Translations under genes and position numbers: made by a program
The notes under the pieces: model-generated
Database searches by the model: none
Told to the model about the DNA's origin: nothing
The model's input: the letters and a program-made list of their open reading frames with translations, nothing else
Part shown: in pieces, positions 19,455 through 28,845 of the stretch
Layout: every line of letters begins with the position of its first letter
How positions within the stretch are numbered: position 1 is the first letter of the stretch
From: Chloroflexota bacterium
Lineage (GTDB): Bacteria > Chloroflexota > Limnocylindria > P2-11E
Direction of reading: 5' to 3'
Length of the DNA stretch: 59,735 nt
Assembly: GCA_005882765.1 (NCBI GenBank)
Contig: VBDV01000113.1
Location: 1-59,735, forward strand

Positions 19455-20042
19455 ATGTCTCGTCCGGTCGTCGCACTCGCTGGAATCTTGCTCCTCGCGG
19501 TTGGGGTCGCGCTCACCGCGGGCGGTGGACTTCCTCGCGCGGGGTCCGTAGCGCCGGTCGCGTTACCGAGTCCGTCCGCGACCGCAGTTCCGATCGCTTC
19601 ACCGGCGTCCACCACCGAGGCGCAGCCGATCGGGCCGATCCCAGAGGGCTACCGCATCCAGATGCCGCGTCTCGGGATCGATCTGCCGATCGCGGAAGGG
19701 GACGTCGAGCGCGACGTCGTCGTGCAGCAGACGCCCGAGAACTTCGCCTTCCACCTCCCGGGCACTGCGATCCCGGGAACGTTCGGGAACAGCTATCTCT
19801 ACGCGCACGCGCGCCGCGGGATGTTCCTGTCACTTTGGAATGCTCGCGTCGGCGACCAGGTCACGATCACGACGCCGGCCGGCACTGAACTCAAATTTGT
19901 GGTCACCGAGGTCCACCCTCGCGTACCCCCGGCCGACACGAGCTGGGTCCAGCCCTCCGCCGACGAGCGCCTCACCCTTCAGACTTCGACCGGCCCGAAT
20001 CGCGACGATCCGCGCTTCGTGGTGATCGCCGCACCGGCATAG
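19455..20042 (+). CDS. Sortase-like protein with TLQTS in place of TLxTC
   Basis: N-terminal anchor, PG..GNSYLYAH, VGDQVTI, RLTLQTS...RFVV; GGAGG RBS. Confidence 0.8.
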   Translation: MSRPVVALAGILLLAVGVALTAGGGLPRAGSVAPVALPSPSATAVPIASPASTTEAQPIGPIPEGYRIQMPRLGIDLPIAEGDVERDVVVQQTPENFAFHLPGTAIPGTFGNSYLYAHARRGMFLSLWNARVGDQVTITTPAGTELKFVVTEVHPRVPPADTSWVQPSADERLTLQTSTGPNRDDPRFVVIAAPA

Positions 20043-20177
20043 CGCCCATACGACCGCGTAGCGCTCGCTTCCTCGACGTAACGATCTCGTATCGCGAGAA
20101 AGCTCAAGCGGCCAAGAGACCAAGGTCGAGCACGCGCTGTTTATTGGTCCGCAGCGTGTTCATGAAATCGACACATT

Positions 20178-20816
20178 GTGGAATCGGTCCTGCAAAGCGT
20201 CGCGCCCGTGTTCCGGGGAGCGCTGGCGAGGGCGGGCGCATTCGTGTTTCTCTTCGCCTGCCTGGTGCCGTTCCTTCGCCCATCGTTCGCCGGCGAGGTG
20301 CACTCAATATCGGTTGCACGCGCGTTCGCGACCGCCGCGGTCGGGTCCACCGGGCCCACGCCGGAACGCGTACGCGACGTCGCGCGAGCTGAGGTCGTTC
20401 TCGGCGCGCAGGCGACGCCCGTCGCGACGGTGGAACCGGAGCCGGTCGCGACGCCCGAGCCCACACCGGTACCGACGCCCGCACCGACACGCGCACCTGT
20501 TGTTGTCGCAACTCTTCCGCCCCTTCCCGATCCGCCGACCGCCGGCATTGTCATCGCGTCCTGGTACGGGCCGGGCTTCTACGGAAACCGCACCGCCTGC
20601 GGTCAGACCTACACCCCCGAGATCGTCGGCGTCGCCCATCGCACGCTGCCCTGCGGCACACTCGTGGTGCTCGAGTACCGCGGGCGGATCCTGACCGTGC
20701 CGGTGATCGACCGCGGGCCCTACATCGCGGGGCGCACGCTCGATCTTTCGTCTGCCACCCACATCGCGATGGGCTGTCCCGATCTCTGCACGCTTTCGAT
20801 GCGGATCGGGCCGTGA
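20178..20816 (+). CDS. RlpA-like (DPBB) lytic transglycosylase family protein
   Basis: ASWYGPGFYGNRTACG, AHRTLPCGT, VIDRGPY..GRTLDLS; Pro/Thr linker. Confidence 0.9.
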   Translation: MESVLQSVAPVFRGALARAGAFVFLFACLVPFLRPSFAGEVHSISVARAFATAAVGSTGPTPERVRDVARAEVVLGAQATPVATVEPEPVATPEPTPVPTPAPTRAPVVVATLPPLPDPPTAGIVIASWYGPGFYGNRTACGQTYTPEIVGVAHRTLPCGTLVVLEYRGRILTVPVIDRGPYIAGRTLDLSSATHIAMGCPDLCTLSMRIGP

Positions 20817-20953
20817 GTGTCCCCCGACCGTCCGCCTAGCCGCCCGGATACTCACCGGGCTGCCGAGCGCTGGCATACGACTTGCAGCCTGCCTTTGCCA
20901 CCTAGCCCGGGCAGCACACGGCCAACTTCCATGGGCGAGAGAAAGGGTGCGCG

Positions 20954-21292
20954 ATGACGCGGAACAAGGGAGCGATGACGGTCGCGGAGGCGGGTCGCCG
21001 CGGAGGCGCGACCACGGCACAGCGACACGGCCCGGAGTTCTACGAGCAGATCGGCAAGAAGGGCGGGAAGACGACCGCGCAGCGTCATGGCTCCGACTTC
21101 TACGAGCAGATCGGAAAGCAGGGCGGGCAGAAGGTGAAGGAGCTCTACGGACCACGCTTCTACGGACGCATCGGAAAGATCGGTGGCGACACCGTCTCAG
21201 AGAAATACGGACACGAGCATTTCGAGGAGATCGGCAAGAAGGGCGGACAGAAAGTCGCCGAGCTCATCGCAAGAGGCAGGCAGGCGACATAA
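20954..21292 (+). CDS. KGG-repeat general stress / hydrophilin protein (GsiB/YciG-like)
   Basis: MTVAEAGRRGG start and ~22-aa repeats FYEQIGKKGG. Confidence 0.9.
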   Translation: MTRNKGAMTVAEAGRRGGATTAQRHGPEFYEQIGKKGGKTTAQRHGSDFYEQIGKQGGQKVKELYGPRFYGRIGKIGGDTVSEKYGHEHFEEIGKKGGQKVAELIARGRQAT

Positions 21293-21393
21293 CGACCTTC
21301 GTCGACGGCACGCTGAGCGAGCGAGGAACCGAGGTGCGGCTCTCTTCAGACCCGCATGATCCGATTCCGATCGCGATCCACCGTCGCTTCCCA

Positions 21394-21421
21394 TTGACAC
21401 GCATGGGGCGCTCTATATCGT
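21394..21421 (+). promoter_or_regulatory. Putative sigma70 promoter
   Basis: TTGACA-16nt-TATCGT upstream of the next ORF. Confidence 0.45.
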
Positions 21422-21477
21422 CGCGATCTGTACGCGGAGGTTCCGTTCTGGACCCTCTTTGTACCGAGAAGCGAACG

Positions 21478-21801
21478 ATGAGGAAGGTCGTAGAGGGAAG
21501 GGCAGTGGATCAGGTCGCGGCACCGCTCGTGGCCGTCGAGTGGGAGGACATCACCGCCTACTCGCGGACCGCACTCCCCGAGGACTTTGAGCCATACCGT
21601 CTGCGAAAGCTCACCTGCGGGCTCTTGTGGAAAGACACCCCCGAGTATGTCGTCGTGGTCGGCGACTACGACATCACCAACGAGGGCCGTGACTACCGTC
21701 ACAACGACTTCCATATCATTCCTCGCGGCGTCATCCGCCAGCTGACCTATCTCCGCGAGACGTCGAGCCCACTCGTTTCCCTCGACGTCGAAGCCAGCTA
21801 A
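21478..21801 (+). CDS. Small beta-rich hypothetical protein (start 21478 or GTG 21505)
   Basis: Protein-like composition VAVEWEDI...TCGLL...VVV...IPRGVI; purine-rich RBS before 21505. Confidence 0.7.
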   Translation: MRKVVEGRAVDQVAAPLVAVEWEDITAYSRTALPEDFEPYRLRKLTCGLLWKDTPEYVVVVGDYDITNEGRDYRHNDFHIIPRGVIRQLTYLRETSSPLVSLDVEAS

Positions 21802-21945
21802 AGAGGCTCTAAGAAACCGCGGCAAACTAAAACCGCAGCGCCCGGTGATGCGTATCTAGGGATACGGAAACCGAAATGGCCGATCGATGGTATTGGAACA
21901 AAGGATCGGTCTTTGCCGTTTCCTTCCCTGGAGGTTTCGCGATAA

Positions 21946-22203
21946 ATGGCCCTTCGAGCTGAGCTTTATTGCTATTTCTGCGGCCACGGCCTGGGTGAAG
22001 TGCTTGTCCCAACGAGCGCCCGCCGGCCGACCGTTGAGCAACTGCGTACCGCCTACGACAACGTCCGCGGTCGCGAGGCGCCGGTCTGGAATGACGGCGA
22101 CCAGCCCCTGTGCCCGCGCTGTGGTGGGCAGCTCTTTCTCGAGCGTTTCGAGCACGAGGTCGTCCGCACCAACGAGCGTCGCGCCCTGAAGCGCGCGAGC
22201 TAA
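21946..22203 (+). CDS. Small zinc-ribbon protein
   Basis: CYFCG...CPRCGG; GGAGG RBS. Confidence 0.8.
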   Translation: MALRAELYCYFCGHGLGEVLVPTSARRPTVEQLRTAYDNVRGREAPVWNDGDQPLCPRCGGQLFLERFEHEVVRTNERRALKRAS

Positions 22204-22231
22204 GCGCAAGGCGCGGCCGCTCACCTTCACG

Positions 22232-22753
22232 GTGCAGCGCGCCGGTTCCATGGTGGTCGGGGTCATTGCCGGCTATGTCCTGGCGCGACGTATCCTCGCG
22301 CGCCGTGCCAGGTCGGTTGCCGCGCTGACGGACCGTCAGCGCGAGGTGCTGCGCGCCGTCGCGGGCGGCCTATCGACGAAGGAGATCGCTCTGCTTCTCG
22401 GAATCACGGAGGCCAGCGTGAACACTCACATCCGTCGCGCGCGGACGACCCTTCGTGCGCCGACCCGTGCGGCCGCCGCCGCACGCGTCACGGGTCATGT
22501 GGTCGTGGTCCCCTCGAGGCCGAGGCGCTCTGCCGCGTCATCCAAGGCGCGAACGACCTCGTTGATGAGGTCGTCGAACGGTACGCCCATCTCTTCGGCA
22601 CCCTTCAGCATCATGTCGCGGCTCACGGCGCGTGCGAAGGCCTTGTCCTTCATCTTCTTCCGGACGGAGCTCGCATCGACGTCGCGCACGGCCTTCGACG
22701 GCTTGACCAGCGCGACCGCGGTCACGAACCCGCAGAGCTCATCGACCGCGTAG
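22232..22753 (+). CDS. LuxR-type HTH protein with N-terminal hydrophobic segment (3' end overlaps the HD gene)
   Basis: LTDRQREVL..VAGGLSTKEIA..LGITEASVNTHI. Confidence 0.75.
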   Translation: MQRAGSMVVGVIAGYVLARRILARRARSVAALTDRQREVLRAVAGGLSTKEIALLLGITEASVNTHIRRARTTLRAPTRAAAAARVTGHVVVVPSRPRRSAASSKARTTSLMRSSNGTPISSAPFSIMSRLTARAKALSFIFFRTELASTSRTAFDGLTSATAVTNPQSSSTA

Positions 22754-23058
22754 AGGGTCTTCTCCATCGCGCTGACGCGTGGTACGCCGGTGTGATCGCC
22801 GTGGCTCTGGATCGCGTGCACGATCAGGCCTGGTACGCCGGCCTGCTCGAGGATCGGCTTCCCGTTCTGGGGATGTCCCTGGGGATCCCGCTCGTAGTCA
22901 AAGTCGTGCAGGAGGCCGGTGATGGCCCAGGTCTCCTCGTTCTCGCCGTTTTCGCGCGCGAAGCGGCGCATCGCGGCCTCCACGGCGAGGCCGTGCTTCC
23001 GCAGGCTCTCCGACTTGGTGTGCTCGCACAGAAGATCCCAGGCCTCATCGCGCGTCAT
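22495..23058 (-). CDS. HD/HDIG-domain metal-dependent hydrolase
   Basis: SLRKH.LAVEAAM, GLLHDFDYE, DELCG, KKMKDKAFA. Confidence 0.9.
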   Translation of the reverse strand: MTRDEAWDLLCEHTKSESLRKHGLAVEAAMRRFARENGENEETWAITGLLHDFDYERDPQGHPQNGKPILEQAGVPGLIVHAIQSHGDHTGVPRVSAMEKTLYAVDELCGFVTAVALVKPSKAVRDVDASSVRKKMKDKAFARAVSRDMMLKGAEEMGVPFDDLINEVVRALDDAAERLGLEGTTTT

Positions 23059-23105
23059 TCGCCACACCTCCCGCGCGATCCTAGCGAAGGCGTTACCGTC
23101 GGCGG

Positions 23106-23297
23106 GTGACCGGTTGCGGTTGCCTCGTGCTCGTGGCCGGCGTCGTCGCGCTTCTCGTCATCTTCATTCGCGGCTCGTTCGATTCCGGCGAGCCGATCGA
23201 CACGGCGGTCGCAGTGCTTGCCGTCCTGGCGCTAGCCATCGAGCGATGGCAGCGGAAACGGCCCGCGAACGAGCTCGTACGCGCGCGCCGCGCGTAG
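23106..23297 (+). CDS. Small two-TM membrane protein
   Basis: 63-aa ORF with two hydrophobic helices. Confidence 0.55.
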   Translation: MTGCGCLVLVAGVVALLVIFIRGSFDSGEPIDTAVAVLAVLALAIERWQRKRPANELVRARRA

Positions 23298-24638
23298 AGC
23301 CGCGGCCTCGTCCCACATTCGGGCGGCGAACTGGAGACCGATCGGCAGGCCATCCCCGTCCATGCCGCACGGGACCGAGATCGCCGGTTGGCCCGTGAGG
23401 TCGAAGATCCGCGTGATCCGGGTCCACTCGCTCGGCCTCGCGACCTCTTTCGCTTGCTCGATCGTCCACGCGCGCGTCGGCACGGTCGGCATCGCGAGGA
23501 CGTCGATGCCCTCAAGGTCGCGATCAGCCCCTCCGGCGCGCGCTTCGAGGAGAAGCTTCATTGACCGGGCGTACGTTTCCGCATCGACGTCACCCTGCGA
23601 CGCCAAACGGGCTCGGACCAGCGGTCCGTACTCGGACGACCGTCCGGGGAACGCACCCTCGTGGTATGCGCGGGCCTCGACACCGAGGATCGCGCTCGCC
23701 GCCTTCGCGTAGTCCGCCGCGCGAGCCCAGCGGATCTCGCGGACCTCGGCGCCGGCGCGCGCGAGGGCCTCGATCGCATCGCGCACGGCCGCTGCGATCG
23801 CCGGATCGCAGTCGTCCCACACGTGATCGGTGGGCACACCGACGCGAAGCTGCTGCGCGCCCCGATCGATGCCTTCGAGAAGATCCGGGACGGGGCGATC
23901 CGCCGAAACCGGATCACGCGGGTCGTATCCCGCGATCGCGATCAGCGCAACGGCGACGTCTCGCGTGGTGCGCGCGAGCGGGCCCGGATGATCGAGCGAC
24001 CAGGAGAGCGGGACGGCACCGAAAAGGCTTGCGCGGCCGAACGTTGGCTTGAGGCCGACGCAGCCGCAGAGCGCCGCGGGGATGCGGATGCTGCCCCCGG
24101 TATCGCTTCCGAGCGCGGCGAACGCCTCGCACGCCACGACGGCCACCGCGGACCCGCCCGAGGAGCCGCCCGGGATCTTTTTCGTGTCCCACGGATTGCG
24201 GACGTCTCCGAAATGCGGGTTGACAGAGCTGATGCCGTACGCGAACTCGTGCATTCCGAGCTTGCCGAGGAGCACCGCGCCCGCTTGTCGCAGCTTCCGC
24301 ACGACCGTCGCGTCCTCATTTGGGACCCAGTCCGCGAGGATTCGCGAGCCCGCGGTCGTGCGGATCCCCTTTGTCGCGAACAGATCCTTCACCGCGACGG
24401 GCATCCCGTGCAGTGGGCCTTTGTATCGACCCGTCTCGATCTCGCGCTCGGCCTGGCGCGCTTGCTCGAGCGCGAGCTCGGCTGTGACGGTGATGAACGC
24501 GTTGAGCCGAGGTTCGACCGCCTCTATGCGTGCGAGGCACGACTCGACGAGCGAGACGGGCGACACCCGGCGCGTGCGTATCGCCTCGGCCGCCGCCTCG
24601 AGTGTCATGCGAAGAGTGTCTTGCGTGGTAGCGGGCAT
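23232..24638 (-). CDS. Amidase signature family protein
   Basis: AVKD, GGSSGGS, GSDTGGSIRIPA, GLKPT. Confidence 0.95.
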   Translation of the reverse strand: MPATTQDTLRMTLEAAAEAIRTRRVSPVSLVESCLARIEAVEPRLNAFITVTAELALEQARQAEREIETGRYKGPLHGMPVAVKDLFATKGIRTTAGSRILADWVPNEDATVVRKLRQAGAVLLGKLGMHEFAYGISSVNPHFGDVRNPWDTKKIPGGSSGGSAVAVVACEAFAALGSDTGGSIRIPAALCGCVGLKPTFGRASLFGAVPLSWSLDHPGPLARTTRDVAVALIAIAGYDPRDPVSADRPVPDLLEGIDRGAQQLRVGVPTDHVWDDCDPAIAAAVRDAIEALARAGAEVREIRWARAADYAKAASAILGVEARAYHEGAFPGRSSEYGPLVRARLASQGDVDAETYARSMKLLLEARAGGADRDLEGIDVLAMPTVPTRAWTIEQAKEVARPSEWTRITRIFDLTGQPAISVPCGMDGDGLPIGLQFAARMWDEAAALRAARAYELVRGPFPLPSLDG

Positions 24639-24651
24639 CGACCCGCGATCG

Positions 24652-24804
24652 CTAGCGGCGCTTCTCCGTCGGTCGCGCGTTCCGCGCCCGGACCGTGAAG
24701 ATCACGGCGAGGATCACCGCGACCAATGAGCCGGCGATGAGGGCCTCGAGTGTTCCGCTGCCGGCGTCAGGAGAAAGGCCAAAGAGCTCCTCGATCCAGT
24801 CCAC
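24652..24804 (-). CDS. Small membrane protein
   Basis: GGAGGA RBS then GTG-DWIEELFGLSPDAGSGTLE plus one TM helix. Confidence 0.65.
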   Translation of the reverse strand: MDWIEELFGLSPDAGSGTLEALIAGSLVAVILAVIFTVRARNARPTEKRR

Positions 24805-24861
24805 GTGTTCCTCCCCAGGTGACGTAGCTCGCATGATCGCATTTCACGCCCACCGGCGGCC

Positions 24862-25401
24862 TCAGGCCGAGACGGCGTCAACGACGAGCGCGCCGGCCAC
24901 CACGGTCAGCGAGGTTACGCGTACGCCCGATGGGATGTTCGCGGCGAGGACACGCGCGAACGTGTCGGCGACCTCCTGCTTCGTCGAGTCGGGAAGCCCC
25001 AGACCGGCGAAGGTGGCCGACTCGATCTTCGCAGCGGCCTTTCCGTCGCTGACGAGCGGGGACGCCACCACCACGATCGGACCGGCGAGGATGAACGCCC
25101 GGCCCGTCGCGGTAAGCGTGAGCCTTCCCGGCTCGAGCTTGATCGTAGGATCGGCCACCGTGATTCCGCTCACCGTGAGCGGTGTGTAGCTCTGGGCGGC
25201 CTTGGTGAGCTCCTGTTCGGTGAGCGTGACCGTGATCGTGCGCGGTCCGCTCGGTCTTGCCGTCGCCGCTGCGGTCGCCGAACTCGTCGGCCGAGCGGTG
25301 CTGCGGACGACCGACGACGCTGTGGGCGCGAACTGCCCGAGCGCGGCCATTCCGATCAGCCCGGCGGCGAGGATCGCGACGAGCGCGGCGAGGACGCGCA
25401 T
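24862..25401 (-). CDS. Secreted/anchored hypothetical protein (DUF2993/LmeA-like, tentative)
   Basis: Signal anchor, Ser/Thr linker, VTLTEQEL... beta-rich domain. Confidence 0.6.
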   Translation of the reverse strand: MRVLAALVAILAAGLIGMAALGQFAPTASSVVRSTARPTSSATAAATARPSGPRTITVTLTEQELTKAAQSYTPLTVSGITVADPTIKLEPGRLTLTATGRAFILAGPIVVVASPLVSDGKAAAKIESATFAGLGLPDSTKQEVADTFARVLAANIPSGVRVTSLTVVAGALVVDAVSA

Positions 25402-25410
25402 CGCTAGACG

Positions 25411-26904
25411 CTAATGGGAGAGAGGATCGATGATCCGTCCGTTCTCTTTCACTTCCCAGTGCACGTGCGGCCCGGTGGTGGCGCCGGTCATGCCGACGAG
25501 CGCGATGGGTTGGCCGCGCGCAACGCGGTCGCCGATCGCCACGAGCGCGGCGGACGTGTGGTAGTAGCAGCTCTCGATGCCTTCGGCGTGCTGGACGCAG
25601 ACGCGCCGGCCGCCGACCTGGACCCAACCCGCGGCGTCGACGACACCGTCGTCCGCGGCGACGATGATCGAACCGAACGGAGCGGCGAGGTCGATCCCGG
25701 TGTGACTGCCCTGAAGGAATTGGCTGACCGCGCCAGCGACCGGACGGACGAAGCGGCGCGAGGCGCCCTCGATGCGCGCGAGGCGCGAGCGGGAGGCTGG
25801 GTCGGCGCGCAGGTCGACGCCCTGTCCGCTCGCGACGCCGCAGCGGTAGAGCTCGAGCTGCGTCTCGTAAAGGCCGGTCCGGCTCACGCCGGTGAACCAG
25901 CGTCCATCCGGGCTGAAGGAGCGGGTGCCGAAGAGATTGGGGAGCGTCGCGATCGCTCGGTCCTGTTCGTCGGTCGGATCCCACACCGGTATCCGATCGA
26001 AGACGTTGCCACCCGGCACCGTCGCGGAGACCGCGCCGACCAGGAGACGACCGTCGGCGGTCCACTCGTGCACTGGGCCCGGAAAGCTCGATAAGGGCGC
26101 CGACTCCTCGGTCCCGCTCGGGTCCATCACGGCGAGCTTGTCGTTCGAGCGCACGAGCAGGGTCTCGCCCCGCGGCGACCATTCAGTGAAGGTCGCGTCC
26201 TCGGCCTCGAGCCTCGTCATCACTCCGGTCGCGGTCACGCCGATGTACCGCTCCGTCGTGCCGTCGAGGTGGTAGCGCGTGACGGTGAATCGCTTCGCGT
26301 CCGCGCTGAAGTACGCGTCGTCGCGGGGATACCGCGGGATGAGGTCAGAGTCGACGTGGGCGACCGTCTCTCCGACCCCGTCGCGCCAGACGCGGATCTC
26401 GTCGTCATACCAGAAATACAGATCGTCGCCGCTCCAGCGGACTTCCGGTGAGGACGCTTCGATGGTCCCCGCGATCGTGCCGTCTAGGTAGATATAGAGC
26501 AAGCCATCGTCGCGCCAGTAGGAGAGATAGGCGCCCGACCCGGACCACTGCGGTCGGCTGCCCTGTCCGATCTCCTGCACCCTTCCGCTGCGAACGTAAT
26601 AGACGGTGAGCTGGAGCTGCTCTTCGTAGCCGGTGATCGTGGTGTGGGAGGGGATCACGTTGATTCGCGACATGGCGACCGCGCTTGAGTCTGCGGACCA
26701 CGCCACGCTCGTGACGTTGTCGAGAGCGGGAATAGTCGTGCGGTCGGTGCACCGCAGCATGTCGACGGGCGCCGTCGCGCGAAGTGGCCGATCGTCGGGC
26801 AGAGTGATGTCGGAATCGGTGTCGCTTGCTCGTGGAGCTTGCGCACACCCGGAGAGGGCGAGGGCGAGCATGAAGAAATACGCGAGACCCTTCCCCCTGC
26901 TCAC
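25411..26904 (-). CDS. Lipoprotein: beta-propeller + M23 peptidase
   Basis: Lipobox LSGC, repeated WS/FS-PDG-type propeller motifs, HTGID and GPHVH. Confidence 0.85.
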   Translation of the reverse strand: MSRGKGLAYFFMLALALSGCAQAPRASDTDSDITLPDDRPLRATAPVDMLRCTDRTTIPALDNVTSVAWSADSSAVAMSRINVIPSHTTITGYEEQLQLTVYYVRSGRVQEIGQGSRPQWSGSGAYLSYWRDDGLLYIYLDGTIAGTIEASSPEVRWSGDDLYFWYDDEIRVWRDGVGETVAHVDSDLIPRYPRDDAYFSADAKRFTVTRYHLDGTTERYIGVTATGVMTRLEAEDATFTEWSPRGETLLVRSNDKLAVMDPSGTEESAPLSSFPGPVHEWTADGRLLVGAVSATVPGGNVFDRIPVWDPTDEQDRAIATLPNLFGTRSFSPDGRWFTGVSRTGLYETQLELYRCGVASGQGVDLRADPASRSRLARIEGASRRFVRPVAGAVSQFLQGSHTGIDLAAPFGSIIVAADDGVVDAAGWVQVGGRRVCVQHAEGIESCYYHTSAALVAIGDRVARGQPIALVGMTGATTGPHVHWEVKENGRIIDPLSH

Positions 26905-26994
26905 GCAACTGATTAAAGGTGCGGATCGGCCAATGCGAAATGGTCATGAGGTATCGAACGAATTTGTTACCCGAGCGAGCGAGCGAGCGACGCC

Positions 26995-27372
26995 CTATGC
27001 GCGCGAAGAAGTCGAGCGCATCGCGAAGATGAAGACTGCCCCGAGTACTAGATGGATGAGAAGGCCTGGTGCGGCTTGACCAGGCAGATCGCCAGCAACG
27101 ATTTCGTACGTGTTGATGACGAGCTCGAGGGCTTGGACGACCACGTTGCCGACGAGGAGGGCGCGGACGGCCTCGCCGCTGGCGTTTCGCGCCATCCAGT
27201 TGATCACTCCGAGACCGATGAGGGTCGCCCCGACGTCGCGCGCGAGGACCTTCGTGGACGCCGGGGCAACGACGCCGAACCCAGCGAGCATCGACTCGGG
27301 GGATACGAAAAGCGCGAGCCCGAAGACGACAGCGGCGATGCCGCCGATCATGAGGGCGAGGCGCGGGGTCAC
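26995..27372 (-). CDS. Four-TM membrane protein
   Basis: Hydrophobic pattern; ARDVGATLIGLG. Confidence 0.75.
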   Translation of the reverse strand: MTPRLALMIGGIAAVVFGLALFVSPESMLAGFGVVAPASTKVLARDVGATLIGLGVINWMARNASGEAVRALLVGNVVVQALELVINTYEIVAGDLPGQAAPGLLIHLVLGAVFIFAMRSTSSRA

Positions 27373-27410
27373 GGCGCGGAGAGTAGGTCAAGGAAGTAGC
27401 CTCCGTCTCC

Positions 27411-28343
27411 GTGCCGAGGGGCCAGCGCTTCGACATCCTCAGCTTCCCCATGCCGGACTACGACGCGATCGAGCGAGAATGGCAATGGGCGGAGCGGCTC
27501 GGCTTCGACCAGGGCTGGATTCCGGAGACGTGGACGATGTCCAATCGTTCGTATCTGGAGCCGTGGACGATTCTTTCGGCGCTCGCACGCGCGACCAGCA
27601 CCTTGCGGCTCGGTACCTTGGTCGCCCTGCTCGTGCCGCGGCACCCAACGCTGTTGGCTGGGCATGTGCTCACCGTGGACCAAGTCTCGAAGGGTCGGGT
27701 CGAGCTCGGGATCGGCGCGGGAGACGTACCGACGGACAGTGGCATCTTCGGGACGGCGCAGTGGTCAGCCGGTGAACGTGTGGAACGTCTGGAGGATCAG
27801 CTTCAACTGCTAGACGCGCTTCTGCGCGGACGATCTGTGACGAGCACGGGCCGGCACTATTCGGTGACGGGGGCTCACCTGCCGGAACCGGTGCAACGGC
27901 CACGACCGCCTCTCGTCGTCGCCGCAGAAGGAAGAAAGAGTCTCCGTCTGGTCGCCCGTCACGCTGATGCCTGGGTAACGCTGGGCGGTCAGCCTCAGAC
28001 GCCGGAGCGCGGTGTGCCGACCATCAGCGAGGCGGAGGGTCTCCGGACGACACGGGAGCGGGTAGGGATGCTCGAGTCCGACTGTCGCGAGATTGGACGC
28101 GATCCGCGAGAGATCCGCCGCATCGTCCTTGCGTACCGCAGGCACGTCGATCCGCTCTCGTCACTCGAAGCATTCGATGAATTCGTGGGGTCCTATGCGG
28201 AGATGGGGTTCGAGGAGTTTGTCTTCTACTGGCCGTCAATCCTCGCGACCTTCAGGGAACAGCGCGGGATGACGGCGTCGGAGCGGAGTACCGCCGAACG
28301 AATTGCCGCCGTGAGGTTCTCAAAGGCACAGCCCCGCGCGTAG
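27411..28343 (+). CDS. LLM-class flavin-dependent oxidoreductase
   Basis: EPWTILSALA..T..LRLGTLV, DQVSKGRVELGIGAG, PVQRPRPP. Confidence 0.9.
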   Translation: MPRGQRFDILSFPMPDYDAIEREWQWAERLGFDQGWIPETWTMSNRSYLEPWTILSALARATSTLRLGTLVALLVPRHPTLLAGHVLTVDQVSKGRVELGIGAGDVPTDSGIFGTAQWSAGERVERLEDQLQLLDALLRGRSVTSTGRHYSVTGAHLPEPVQRPRPPLVVAAEGRKSLRLVARHADAWVTLGGQPQTPERGVPTISEAEGLRTTRERVGMLESDCREIGRDPREIRRIVLAYRRHVDPLSSLEAFDEFVGSYAEMGFEEFVFYWPSILATFREQRGMTASERSTAERIAAVRFSKAQPRA

Positions 28344-28473
28344 GCGATGAAAGGTCGCTAGATCGCGGTCCCGATCGGGGTTGGATCCGCCACACTGAAC
28401 TCTTAGGCATCGAAGTGGAGGGCATCAACGACTTGCTGGGCAGGCTCGACGCGCTAAATATGGCGTCGCGCTG

Positions 28474-28755
28474 TTGACCAAGCGAGCGACGCGGCTGCGT
28501 ACGCCCGCCGACCTGCGTGCGCGTCTTTCGTCCTCCGCCGCGGATGCGCGCGCGTGGCGCGCGCTCACGCCATCCGCACGGCGGATCGCCGCGCACTGGA
28601 TCGACGGCGCGAGGCAGCCCGACGTGCGCAATTGGCGGATCGCTGATGTGCTCCGACGCGCGCATCGATACCAGCGGGGCGACGGACCTTTCTATCCGAG
28701 CGACCAGGAGCAGCACCTTCTGTCAAGGCGCGGGGCCGCAAGACGCGGCCGATGA
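28474..28755 (+). CDS. YdeI/OmpD-associated family small protein
   Basis: PADL...AW.ALTPS.R....WI..A.....R..RI pattern. Confidence 0.65.
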   Translation: MTKRATRLRTPADLRARLSSSAADARAWRALTPSARRIAAHWIDGARQPDVRNWRIADVLRRAHRYQRGDGPFYPSDQEQHLLSRRGAARRGR

Positions 28756-28845
28756 AAGGTTCTCATCATCGGCTCCGGTCCGATCACAATCGCCTCGCCG
28801 CTGAGTTCGACGACGCCGGATCGCAAGCCTGGCGTTCCTTCGGTC

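Noticed and set aside
20043-20177. Riboswitch (c-di-AMP or c-di-GMP) upstream of the RlpA-like gene
   Set aside because: Could not find the ydaO or GEMM consensus motifs by eye; an Rfam scan would settle it
20990-21250. 66-nt periodic DNA repeats as a possible CRISPR array
   Set aside because: They are in-frame coding repeats of the KGG protein, with no unique spacers and no cas genes
28344-28845. Integrated element at the tRNA-Asp 3' end
   Set aside because: No integrase and no duplicated tRNA 3' end seen; only a possible short gene remnant at 28344-28477
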